Shown: positions 20,820 through 30,047 of the stretch, piece by piece
Position numbering within the stretch: the stretch's first letter is position 1
How the letters are laid out: each line of letters begins with the position of its first letter
Assembly (NCBI GenBank): GCA_049472215.1
Contig: JBLIRH010000001.1
Location: forward strand, 43,308 to 107,307
DNA length: 64,000 nt
Direction: 5' to 3'
Source of the DNA: Thermoplasmatota archaeon
Lineage (GTDB): Archaea; Thermoplasmatota; Penumbrarchaeia; Penumbrarchaeales; Penumbrarchaeaceae
The notes under the pieces: generated by a model
Seen by the model: the letters and a program-made list of their open reading frames with translations, nothing else
Database searches by the model: none
Told to the model about the DNA's origin: nothing
Position numbers and translations under genes: made by a program

Positions 20820-21037
20820 GCTATTTCCCGTAATGTGAATGGTTTTAATGGATATTTAACTTGCACCTTGATATTTAAAAATGCAATGCCAGCAGAATAC
20901 ATTCTTTAGATATTTTCTCATTAAAGTGACCCTTGAAAGCCATTATTCACAGTTATATTGCCATTTGTCGCTGCTCAATGGGACATGGTCTTGTTGATGG
21001 ACTGCCCCTGGAGCATATATCGAAAGAAGTCTTGTGT

Positions 21038-21439
21038 CTATGATTCAGAAGAAAAATCAAGAGATAATGAATTCACGCAGTATCTCAATCCTGTTGGGGG
21101 CGGACCGTCATCGAAAACATGTCCGAGGTGACCCCCGCATCTGGCGCACATTATCTCGGTCCTTGCCATTCCAAAGGAGACGTCGGTCTCGGTCTTGATG
21201 TTATCATTGTCCACAACATCGGAAAAACTTGGCCAACCGGAACCGGAATTGAACTTGGAATCCGATCTGAACAGTTCGAGTCCGCATCCGGCGCAGTGAT
21301 AGGTCCCTCTCTCTTTGTTGTGAAGAAGCTCGCCTGTAAATGGTCTTTCAGTACCCTTTTTCCTGAGAACGTTGAACCTGTCCGGGGACAATCTAGCTTT
21401 CCATTCCTCCTCTGAAAGCTTCAACTCGGTTCCGGTCAT
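21038..21439 (-). CDS. msrB: Peptide methionine sulfoxide reductase MsrB
   Basis: Two CxxC pairs (HCAGCG ... CARCGGHLGHVF) and the RYCVNS active site. Likely start MTGTELK (21439); the track start is 21457. Confidence 0.85.
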   Translation of the reverse strand: MTGTELKLSEEEWKARLSPDRFNVLRKKGTERPFTGELLHNKERGTYHCAGCGLELFRSDSKFNSGSGWPSFSDVVDNDNIKTETDVSFGMARTEIMCARCGGHLGHVFDDGPPPTGLRYCVNSLSLDFSSES

Positions 21440-21517
21440 GGAAATTGATAGGGCCATTGTCCAATAAACCTTTACCCTACATGTTGAACTGCTCGCCCTC
21501 AGAAGATTATATCCTGT

Positions 21518-22561
21518 TTGTTATCATTCATGGTGACGGGGAAGTTTGACATGCAGACCGTCTATATTGTGATATTCCTGCTCGTTTTCATAGTCGTCCT
21601 GATCTTCCTTAGTGGTTGGTTCTCGGGAACCGAGACGGCCCTCACAAATATCGGACCTTCCACCGTGGCATCGATGAAGCGCGAGGGTGACAGGAATGTG
21701 AAATATGTCATCAAGTTGAAAAGAAGAATGGACAGAACCCTCATTACGATCCTGATCGGCAACAATATCGTCAATATCGTTCTATCCTCGGTGGCGGCCC
21801 TAGTCGCAAATGAACTCTTCGCCGAGATAGGTGTCACCATCATGGTCGGTGTCATTACATTCCTCGTCATACTCTTTGGAGAGATAACGCCGAAGAACAA
21901 CGCCATCTTCAATTCCCGCAAGAAAGCCAGGCGAAGTTCAAGGGCGATCTACTACCTGTCGGTCATCTTGACCCCGGTGATCCAGGTTTTCATATTCCTT
22001 TCAAGCGCATTGATCAGGCTCATGGGCGGTTCGACGGAAGAAGCAAGGCTTTTCACGTCGGATGAGGAGATCAAAGGTATCGCAACCCTTTCGGAGGAGG
22101 AAGGTGTGATCAAACCCATTGAGCGTGAGATAATCCACCAGGTGTTCACGTTCGGCGACCGAAAGATATCCGATGTCATGGTCCCTATGAATAAGGCATT
22201 CACCATGAAGAGTGACATGAAGATAGTAAAGGCCAGAAAGAAGCTGTACAATTCCGGTTTTACCCGTGTTCCTTTCTTGAACAGCAAGGGAAAGGTCATA
22301 GGGATCATCAACAGCAAGGATACACTGGGAGCCCGTTTTGGAGGGATCAAGGGTCTTCTGAGGAAACCGTTTGTCGTGAATGAAAATGATGATGTCACGG
22401 ATGTTTTCACAAGAATGAAGAACGGGCACATACACATGGCAATAGTCAAGGACAATAATGAGGACCATGTTGGGATCGTGACCCTTGAGGACCTGATCGA
22501 GGAACTGGTGGGCGAGATCTATGATGAGTTCTTCGATATGAAGAGGTCTCCCAATGAATGA
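21518..22561 (+). CDS. CNNM/CorC-HlyC family transporter (DUF21 membrane domain + CBS pair)
   Basis: N-terminal 4-TM DUF21-like region (LSGWFSGTETAL..., GEITPKN) followed by two CBS-like segments. Confidence 0.7.
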   Translation: MLSFMVTGKFDMQTVYIVIFLLVFIVVLIFLSGWFSGTETALTNIGPSTVASMKREGDRNVKYVIKLKRRMDRTLITILIGNNIVNIVLSSVAALVANELFAEIGVTIMVGVITFLVILFGEITPKNNAIFNSRKKARRSSRAIYYLSVILTPVIQVFIFLSSALIRLMGGSTEEARLFTSDEEIKGIATLSEEEGVIKPIEREIIHQVFTFGDRKISDVMVPMNKAFTMKSDMKIVKARKKLYNSGFTRVPFLNSKGKVIGIINSKDTLGARFGGIKGLLRKPFVVNENDDVTDVFTRMKNGHIHMAIVKDNNEDHVGIVTLEDLIEELVGEIYDEFFDMKRSPNE

Positions 22562-22630
22562 CCTACATGATATGACAGGGTCAGATTCGCTAAATTGAAA
22601 TAATCAAAAGGGACATTCAGCGGTGATATC

Positions 22631-23575
22631 ATGGATGGTTTCTGGAAGAAGGTAATGATCGTTTCAGGTCTTGTGCTTTTAACCATCATCCTTGCGGTCG
22701 TGGACCTCCAGTTCGAATTCAAATATTCACAAAAGGTCTTTCTCACATCAGTAGCCGTTACTTTTCTCTATCTTGTACTCAAGTTCCTTGTCGAAGAACT
22801 GTTGGTAGGCAAGCTCAAGGATTACAAAACCCGCTACACCGTGAAAAAGGCCACATCGGTCCTATTTCTTCTCCTGGTATTGGTTTTCGTTATCGGTATT
22901 TGGATCGAGAACACGCAAGCAATCCTCGTTGCTTACGGACTGATCGCTGCCGGGATCGCCATTTCACTTCAGGACCTCTTCAAGGGATTCACGGGCGGTA
23001 TCCTCATTCTGATGAACAATCTCTATCGGGTGGGAGACAGGATCAATGTCGGCAATGTTTACGGAGACGTGATGGACATCGGGATCCTTTATACCACTTT
23101 GATGGAAACACGGGGTTGGGTCAAGGGAGACCAGGCCACAGGTAGGATAATTTCCATGCCCAATTCGACTGTATTGACCACAAGTGTCAATAACTACACG
23201 AAGGACCATAATTTCCTCTGGGAGGAGATCAATGTTCCGGTTACCTTCGATAGCAACTGGGAAGCCCTGATCCCCCCCTTCCTGGAGTTGGTCAGGGAAT
23301 ATACTAAGGACCTGACAAAACTCGCCTCGAAAGAAGTGGAAAACATGGGAGAGAAGTATTACCTTCCAAAAAGGGACGTCGAATCGGCGGTCTTTATCAG
23401 CTTCGATGATAATTGGATCAACATCAGCGTGAGATATGTCACTGAGGCCAGGAAACGAAGGGTCCATGCCGACAATCTCTACAGGATGTTGTTGAAGGAA
23501 GCCCTGAAACACAAAGATGTCAAGATATCACAATCCCAGCTGGAATCCTGGAGGTATGGTGAAGGTCCGTCCTGA
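22631..23575 (+). CDS. Small-conductance mechanosensitive channel (MscS family)
   Basis: Three N-terminal TMs, then the MscS beta-domain motif VGDRINVGNVYGDVMDIGILYTTL...GRIISMPNS. Confidence 0.8.
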   Translation: MDGFWKKVMIVSGLVLLTIILAVVDLQFEFKYSQKVFLTSVAVTFLYLVLKFLVEELLVGKLKDYKTRYTVKKATSVLFLLLVLVFVIGIWIENTQAILVAYGLIAAGIAISLQDLFKGFTGGILILMNNLYRVGDRINVGNVYGDVMDIGILYTTLMETRGWVKGDQATGRIISMPNSTVLTTSVNNYTKDHNFLWEEINVPVTFDSNWEALIPPFLELVREYTKDLTKLASKEVENMGEKYYLPKRDVESAVFISFDDNWINISVRYVTEARKRRVHADNLYRMLLKEALKHKDVKISQSQLESWRYGEGPS

Positions 23576-23621
23576 ACATGTGAGCCGACACCGATATTGA
23601 GGACAGGCAATATTCCCCTCC

Positions 23622-24311
23622 ATGGTCGTCATGGAATATGATGAAGTGGTCCGACGTCTAGAGGAAATGGGCGATGAGAGAGCGAGGAAGGTCTGGGCTC
23701 GGCTTGGGATGGATACGAAGAACTACTTCGGTGTGAACCTGACCAAGTTGAAGAAGTTCGCAAAAGAGGTCGGGAAGGCCCACGAGCTCGCATCAAAGCT
23801 TTGGGCTTCGGGGATACATGATGCCCAGCTGCTTGCCTGCTACATCGAGGAACCGAAGAAGGTCACAAAGGAGCAGATCGATTCCTGGATCGAGGATGTG
23901 GACTTCATGGATCTCTCGGACAAGTTCGCGACCGAGGTCGTCTGGAAAACACCATTCGCCAAGGAGAAGATGAAGGCATGGACGGTCCACGAGAAGGAGT
24001 ATCATAAGAGAGCAGGGTATGTACTCCTGGGGAAGTTCGCACAAAAAGGAAAGGATGACGAGATCTCCGAGGAAGAGCTCCTGGGATATCTGGACCGGAT
24101 AGAAAAGGAGCTCCAGGGGGAGCGCAACTGGGTCCGGGAGGTCATGAACTACGCACTCATACATATCGGATCAAGGAGCCCGAAACTGAATGAGCGCGGG
24201 ATAGAAATCGCAAAGAGGATCGGAAAGGTCGAAATTGACTGGGGGGAGGCTGACTGCAAGGTCCCGGATGCGGTCGAGGATCTGACAAATATCAAGTTGA
24301 AGCTCATCTGA
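23622..24311 (+). CDS. DNA alkylation repair protein (AlkD/AlkC-like HEAT-repeat DNA glycosylase family)
   Basis: ~230 aa all-helical protein with AlkD-like spacing of aromatic/basic residues (KLWASGIHDAQLLACY, WKTPFAKE, RAGYVLLGKFA). Family assignment by recall, not search. Confidence 0.55.
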   Translation: MVVMEYDEVVRRLEEMGDERARKVWARLGMDTKNYFGVNLTKLKKFAKEVGKAHELASKLWASGIHDAQLLACYIEEPKKVTKEQIDSWIEDVDFMDLSDKFATEVVWKTPFAKEKMKAWTVHEKEYHKRAGYVLLGKFAQKGKDDEISEEELLGYLDRIEKELQGERNWVREVMNYALIHIGSRSPKLNERGIEIAKRIGKVEIDWGEADCKVPDAVEDLTNIKLKLI

Positions 24312-24359
24312 ACCGGTAAATCTAATAAGTGTGGTCCCCCAATCCTCCGTATCAACACA

Positions 24360-27300
24360 ATGATTACGGGGAGAGAAATAATGAAGGGAGCCCTTTCCTT
24401 TATCCTGGTGATCGTCCTGTTATTTTCATCTACATTCCTTTTTCTTATACTGCAGGAAGCCGATCCGAATGGAATGATGGTGAGCTCCTCCTCATACCTT
24501 TCCGGGCTCTCGGGTCCTATCCACATCTATGATGATGATAGTTTCATCTCCCAAGCAGAATCGAACAACTGGACCGGAAATGGAAGGAATGAGCCGTTCA
24601 TCATCAGGGATCTCGAAATTGACTGCCATGGCGGTGAATATGGAATAAAAATTGACGGAACATCATTCAGTTTCATCATCCAAAACTGCAGGATCTCCAA
24701 TGCCTCCGGCCTATTGGGTGCCGGAATCTACGTTGGGCGATGGATCGGGGGCGCTTTGATCGATAGCTGCAACATCACGTCATGTCCAAACGGGATTTAT
24801 CTAGAAGCAACAACGCTCGACCTGAGGAACAACAGTATCAGCAGGAATGCTGTTGGAATTCATGTATATCTTGGTTACGACATAGAGATAGTCGGAAATC
24901 ACTGCTTTGAAAATGAAAAGGGAATATACATCTCAGAAAGTTCAGGTATCATCAGAGTGGATTCCAATTACCTGATGAACAATACCGAATGCGGCCTGGA
25001 AACCGCGGATTTTGGAGAACCGGTCATTGTCACAAACAACACGGTCGAGAACAATGACTTCGGTTTGCTGATCTCGGATTCCCCTTATTCGAGGATAGTT
25101 GGGAACCGTCTTTCGAACCAGGACGATCACCACATAAGGATAGAAAGCGATAATGTCGTCGTTGAGGGTAATATCGCAAACGGGCACGGCGATGGTCTGT
25201 ACCTCACGGGAAATTCACATGATGTTACCGTGATCAATAATAGCTTGATCGGTAACTGGGAGTATGGCATTTATATCGACAAAGGATGTTATGATAATAA
25301 TTTTTACAGCAATGAAATGGTGAACTGTTCCTTCTATCTTGAGCCGGATATCGATGTAATAAGGGGGCAAAAAATTTCCGAGAACAATACGGTGAATCAT
25401 AGAAGGGTCGTTCACCTCTTTGATAGAACATACAGGTCCGCGGTTCCGCCCTATGAATATGGTCTGAACCTGTCAAAGGACATAGGACAGATCATCCTTG
25501 GTAAGGTGGACGGGGTCTGCATTTTCGACTGCAATCTCAGCAATGGAACGGTAGGTCTCGAGCTCGTCGAGTGCAACAACATCTTCACCTGGAACAATAC
25601 GATGTCCGATAACACCTATTACGGCCTCTTTACCAGGAACAACGGCCTCATATATGTCAACCGATCCCGGTTCGAACGGAATTTGGTTGGAATGGAGGTT
25701 GAATCCATAGAATTCAAAACAAATAACAGCATCATATGCAACAATACGGAAGGCATCCATCTGATAGGTGAGAAGATCGGTCATGAGGTTGAGAAGAACA
25801 GTATTTTCGGGAACTCGATCGGGATCAAGATAGATCCTTGGCCGGTTACCTCCTCCATCCCATATGTGATCCGCGACAACAATATATCCCACAATATTGA
25901 AACAGGCCTTTATATAGGATCGTACGTGTGTGAGGTCAAGAATAACTTGTTGATGGACAATCCTACTGGACTCTTTTTTGAATATACCGAATACGCAATA
26001 AATGAGGACAACACCTTCATCGGGAACGGTGTGGGGGTTCGATCGAAAAATTCCGGATTGATCTCCGGGGGAAATTCCTTCATTGGTTGTGGTGTCGGTA
26101 TCGAGGTCGGCCCATCCGGTTCATTTGAGAGCCTCCTTTCATACAATTACTTTCGTAATAGCACTAACAACGGTATCCTATTGAATGAAGCCAGTGATGT
26201 ATTGGTCGGGGGCAACATATTCGACGGATCCGATTCTTACGGGATCGAGGTCTATCGCAGCGAAAATATCACCCTCAGAACGAATTCTTTCAATCGATGT
26301 TCACTCCACATCACGGGGACCGATCCATCCCATTTCACAGATATCAAGGTCGAAGAGGAGAACACGGTAAATTCTAAACCTTTGGTCATGATCGTGTCCC
26401 AGTCGGGTTCTGGTTTGCCGGTGAACGATCCGGGCCAGGTCTTGATAATAGGTTCCAGCAATATCAGTGTCACCGGGAAGAGCTTCGATAACATTACCTG
26501 TTCTATCCTCTCTGCATTTTGTCAGGATATCAGGGTCCAGGATTGCTGGTTCGAGGACCAGTATTGTCCGATCGAGGTCTTTGAATGTTCAGATATCGTG
26601 GTCGATTCGAGCCATTTCATGAACATCGAGTTTGGAATACGATGTATCTCATCGGATAAATTGACCATAAAGGACTCCGATCTCAGCGGGATCGATACTC
26701 AGGGTCTCGATCTGAGGGATACCTCATTGATCGAAATATTTGATTGTTCTTTTGAGAACGGTAGCGGAACCGGAATGGCACTTCAGGATTGCCACTATGT
26801 GGAGATCACAAAGAACGTCATCACGAAGATGGAACAGGGCATTCGATTGATGGGGGGAACCACCGGAACCGATATTTCGAATAATCTGATAGGTTGGAAC
26901 ACCGGATACGGTTTGGTGGTTGTGAAAGGTTCCAGATACAATACGATCCATTGGAATGCATTCTTGTTCAATAATCAGACATCCTTTGATCCTTTGAGAT
27001 CCAAAGGCGACCCCCAGATCTTGAACGACGATGCAACAACGGAGATAGAATGGAACCATTGGAACACTTATGGGAGGTCCTCAAAGGACAACAATGAGGA
27101 TGGGGTGTTCGACGATCCGTACTGGGTCGGCCCTCGTGTTTACAATATGGACAACAATCCACTCGTTCATCCGCCCGAGGCCATTCTACCGATACCAAAG
27201 GATATCCATGGTTATCTGACCAAGACCCTCGAAGCCAGTAATATCACTCTATACTTTAATTTGAACAAAGGGATCAAGAGAGCCCAGGTTTTGAACATCA

Positions 27301-28667
27301 CGGTAAACATTTCTGTTGGTGACCAAAGGCGGTCATACCAGATTCCCTTCAAGGAGGATGGCATCCATCACATTTCCTTTAAGGCACCTTCAGACGGGGG
27401 AGATGTTGAGTTCGAGCTAAGAACACAGAGTCTAGCCGGTTCCAGCAGGATCGTGAAATACATTTTCCCCGAGGATCGGACGCCCCCCCATATCAAGATC
27501 CTTTCACCGAGAAACGGTTCCGTCCTTAACTCGTCGTTGGTAAGGATCCGGTGGGAGGCATTTTCCAAGGTCGGAGGGGGCCTATTTGAACTGTACCTAT
27601 CCCAAAACGGTGAAGAATCTTTGGACCTGGATCCTATGAGCATGGACCAAAATCACTCCATTGTCGCAAACGAAGGAGCGAATACAATAAAGATCAGCGC
27701 AATGGACCATTTTGGCAATACGGCATCCGATACGATCGAGTTCATATTGGATACCCTTCCACCATCGTTTTCCATTGAAGGCGGCGGACCCACGATGAAC
27801 CCTGTTAAGATACAGTGGGAGTTCCACAATATCGAGAACGAGACGCTCAGGATGTGGTGGCGTCAAATAGGCTTTGAGTGGACCGAGATCGATCCGTTCA
27901 GCTTGCTTCTGGAACTTGACCTGCCCGATGGAGGCCAGATAATTAAACTGATGACAAGGGACCTCGCGGGTAATGTTTTCGCAACAAGAGTTGACCTTGT
28001 TGTCGATGCCACTCCACCCCAGGTATTGGCATGGGGGCCCTCGGTGACGGAATGGGAGCCCAATGATAAGATCTGGATAAAGTTCTCTGAGAAAATGGAC
28101 GTAAATTCGATCGATATCGTCATCCCGGGAATGGAATTCTCGTTCGAAGCTGTCGCTGACGATGAAGTACGTATCTCTCCCCTCATGGTCCTCGAGCGTG
28201 GGATGGAGTTCAACATCACCGTAAATGGAATGGACCTCGCGGGAAACACCATGCTGCCCTTTACCTTCATATTCTCCGCGGGAGAGGGTCCGGTCGACCA
28301 ACTACTTGGAACCTTGATCATCCTCATTACGAACAGGGAGGGGGATCCATTATATGGAGCCAAGGTCACGGTCTTTCCGTTGAACCGGGTTTTTGAACAG
28401 CAATATGGAGACACAATAGAGGTCGACCTACAACCCGGTGAATACGAGCTTCAGGCGGAAGCCGAGGGTTACCGGGCCAGTGTGATCACCGTGACGATCG
28501 TCGCTGGAACAACCGTTTCCGAAGTGGTCGTCCTTGAGAAGGAGGAGGAAAGCGGCCAGAGCTTCGTTCCTGTTCTCATTTTGATCATGACATTCGCAGT
28601 GGTCCTGTTGGTCTTCCTTCTATTGATAATATACCTTCGAAGTGAAAAAGAGTATCAAGAGGAATGA
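24360..28667 (+). CDS. Giant (1435 aa) surface glycoprotein with right-handed parallel beta-helix (PbH1) repeats, CarboxypepD_reg-like domain and C-terminal TM anchor
   Basis: Signal peptide. Dozens of beta-helix rungs of the form N.I.[GN]N...GI.[IL]. Many N-x-S/T sequons. C-terminal PVLILIMTFAVVLLVFLLLIIYL helix with a short charged tail. Confidence 0.7.
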   Translation: MITGREIMKGALSFILVIVLLFSSTFLFLILQEADPNGMMVSSSSYLSGLSGPIHIYDDDSFISQAESNNWTGNGRNEPFIIRDLEIDCHGGEYGIKIDGTSFSFIIQNCRISNASGLLGAGIYVGRWIGGALIDSCNITSCPNGIYLEATTLDLRNNSISRNAVGIHVYLGYDIEIVGNHCFENEKGIYISESSGIIRVDSNYLMNNTECGLETADFGEPVIVTNNTVENNDFGLLISDSPYSRIVGNRLSNQDDHHIRIESDNVVVEGNIANGHGDGLYLTGNSHDVTVINNSLIGNWEYGIYIDKGCYDNNFYSNEMVNCSFYLEPDIDVIRGQKISENNTVNHRRVVHLFDRTYRSAVPPYEYGLNLSKDIGQIILGKVDGVCIFDCNLSNGTVGLELVECNNIFTWNNTMSDNTYYGLFTRNNGLIYVNRSRFERNLVGMEVESIEFKTNNSIICNNTEGIHLIGEKIGHEVEKNSIFGNSIGIKIDPWPVTSSIPYVIRDNNISHNIETGLYIGSYVCEVKNNLLMDNPTGLFFEYTEYAINEDNTFIGNGVGVRSKNSGLISGGNSFIGCGVGIEVGPSGSFESLLSYNYFRNSTNNGILLNEASDVLVGGNIFDGSDSYGIEVYRSENITLRTNSFNRCSLHITGTDPSHFTDIKVEEENTVNSKPLVMIVSQSGSGLPVNDPGQVLIIGSSNISVTGKSFDNITCSILSAFCQDIRVQDCWFEDQYCPIEVFECSDIVVDSSHFMNIEFGIRCISSDKLTIKDSDLSGIDTQGLDLRDTSLIEIFDCSFENGSGTGMALQDCHYVEITKNVITKMEQGIRLMGGTTGTDISNNLIGWNTGYGLVVVKGSRYNTIHWNAFLFNNQTSFDPLRSKGDPQILNDDATTEIEWNHWNTYGRSSKDNNEDGVFDDPYWVGPRVYNMDNNPLVHPPEAILPIPKDIHGYLTKTLEASNITLYFNLNKGIKRAQVLNITVNISVGDQRRSYQIPFKEDGIHHISFKAPSDGGDVEFELRTQSLAGSSRIVKYIFPEDRTPPHIKILSPRNGSVLNSSLVRIRWEAFSKVGGGLFELYLSQNGEESLDLDPMSMDQNHSIVANEGANTIKISAMDHFGNTASDTIEFILDTLPPSFSIEGGGPTMNPVKIQWEFHNIENETLRMWWRQIGFEWTEIDPFSLLLELDLPDGGQIIKLMTRDLAGNVFATRVDLVVDATPPQVLAWGPSVTEWEPNDKIWIKFSEKMDVNSIDIVIPGMEFSFEAVADDEVRISPLMVLERGMEFNITVNGMDLAGNTMLPFTFIFSAGEGPVDQLLGTLIILITNREGDPLYGAKVTVFPLNRVFEQQYGDTIEVDLQPGEYELQAEAEGYRASVITVTIVAGTTVSEVVVLEKEEESGQSFVPVLILIMTFAVVLLVFLLLIIYLRSEKEYQEE

Positions 28668-28733
28668 TCCCCTAAGATGAAAGCTTTATAATCGTGAAGA
28701 ATCTAAGCGCCCCCGCTTCGAGGAGGTTGGAAA

Positions 28734-29996
28734 ATGGTCCAGTCTTTCTACGCTTCTGTGTTGGAGCAGATCGACTCCACGGTCGAGCGTCTCTGCATCG
28801 ATCCCGGCATCGCCAAGATAATAAAGACCCCCGAAAGGGAGCTTACGGTCCAGATCCCCATTGTCAACGATGAGGGTGAGATCGATGTCTTTACCGGTTA
28901 CAGGGTCCAGCATAACTCTGCAAGGGGCCCCTGCAAGGGGGGCGTCAGGTACCACCCTCAGACAGACCTCGATGAGGTCAAGGCGCTGGCAACCCTCATG
29001 TCATTGAAATGCGCCGTGGCGAACGTCCCCTTCGGCGGGGCAAAGGGCGGTGTCACCTGCGATCCCAGTGAGCTGAGCAGATGCGAGATCCAGAAGATCA
29101 CAAAGAGATATGCAACGATGATCAATCCGTTCATAGGGCCTAAGAAGGATATTCCCGCTCCGGATATGAACACCAACGCTGAGACCATGGGGTGGTTCAT
29201 GGATGCCGTATCCATGTACGCCGGTCATACGATGCTCGATATCGTGACCGGGAAACCGCTCGAGCTGGGAGGATCTCTTGGAAGAAGGGAAGCGACCGGT
29301 AGAGGTGTCATGCTCAATACCATGGAGCTTCTGAACAGGCTCGGTCGGGACCCGAAGAAGACAACGGTTGCGGTACAGGGTTTCGGGAACGTAGGCTCGG
29401 TAGCGGCTCAGCTGATCACCGAGCAGGGGTCCAAGGTTATTGCAGTGAGCGATATGTCCGGTTTGCTCTATGATCCCGATGGAGTGGACGTGGACGCGCT
29501 TGTCAAGTTCGTCTATTCTGGGCCAAGGCCGCGGCTCTTCAAGGATTTCGAAGGTCCGGGCCATACATTCGAAAAAGAGGGAACTAAGATACTTTACGAG
29601 GATGTTGACGTTCTCGTCCCTGCAGCCCTTGAGAACCAGATAACGATCGATAATGCCGACAAGGTGAAAGCACGCATCATAGTGGAAGGTGCGAACGGCC
29701 CTATCACAAAGAGGGCAGATTCGGTAATGATCGAAATGGGAACACATGTGATACCGGACATTCTCGCTAACAGCGGTGGTGTCATAGCCTCCTATTTCGA
29801 ATGGGTCCAGGGGATACAGTCATTCTTCTGGGACGAGGATGAGGTGAACAGGCATCTCAAGAGGATCATGCTGAAGTCCTTCAAGGAGGTCTGGGATATG
29901 GCTCAAAAGGAAAAGATAACCCTCAGGGAAGCAGCATTCACTCTTGGGATCTCAAAGATCTCCAATGCCTTGGAACTGAGGGGTATATTCCCATAA
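28734..29996 (+). CDS. gdh: Glutamate dehydrogenase (420-aa class)
   Basis: KGGVRYHP, PFGGAKGGV and GFGNVGS are GDH family motifs. Confidence 0.9.
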   Translation: MVQSFYASVLEQIDSTVERLCIDPGIAKIIKTPERELTVQIPIVNDEGEIDVFTGYRVQHNSARGPCKGGVRYHPQTDLDEVKALATLMSLKCAVANVPFGGAKGGVTCDPSELSRCEIQKITKRYATMINPFIGPKKDIPAPDMNTNAETMGWFMDAVSMYAGHTMLDIVTGKPLELGGSLGRREATGRGVMLNTMELLNRLGRDPKKTTVAVQGFGNVGSVAAQLITEQGSKVIAVSDMSGLLYDPDGVDVDALVKFVYSGPRPRLFKDFEGPGHTFEKEGTKILYEDVDVLVPAALENQITIDNADKVKARIIVEGANGPITKRADSVMIEMGTHVIPDILANSGGVIASYFEWVQGIQSFFWDEDEVNRHLKRIMLKSFKEVWDMAQKEKITLREAAFTLGISKISNALELRGIFP

Positions 29997-30047
29997 CAGC
30001 TTGTCAGCCTGATTAAATACCTCCAATCCAATCACTTAGCGGTCGAT

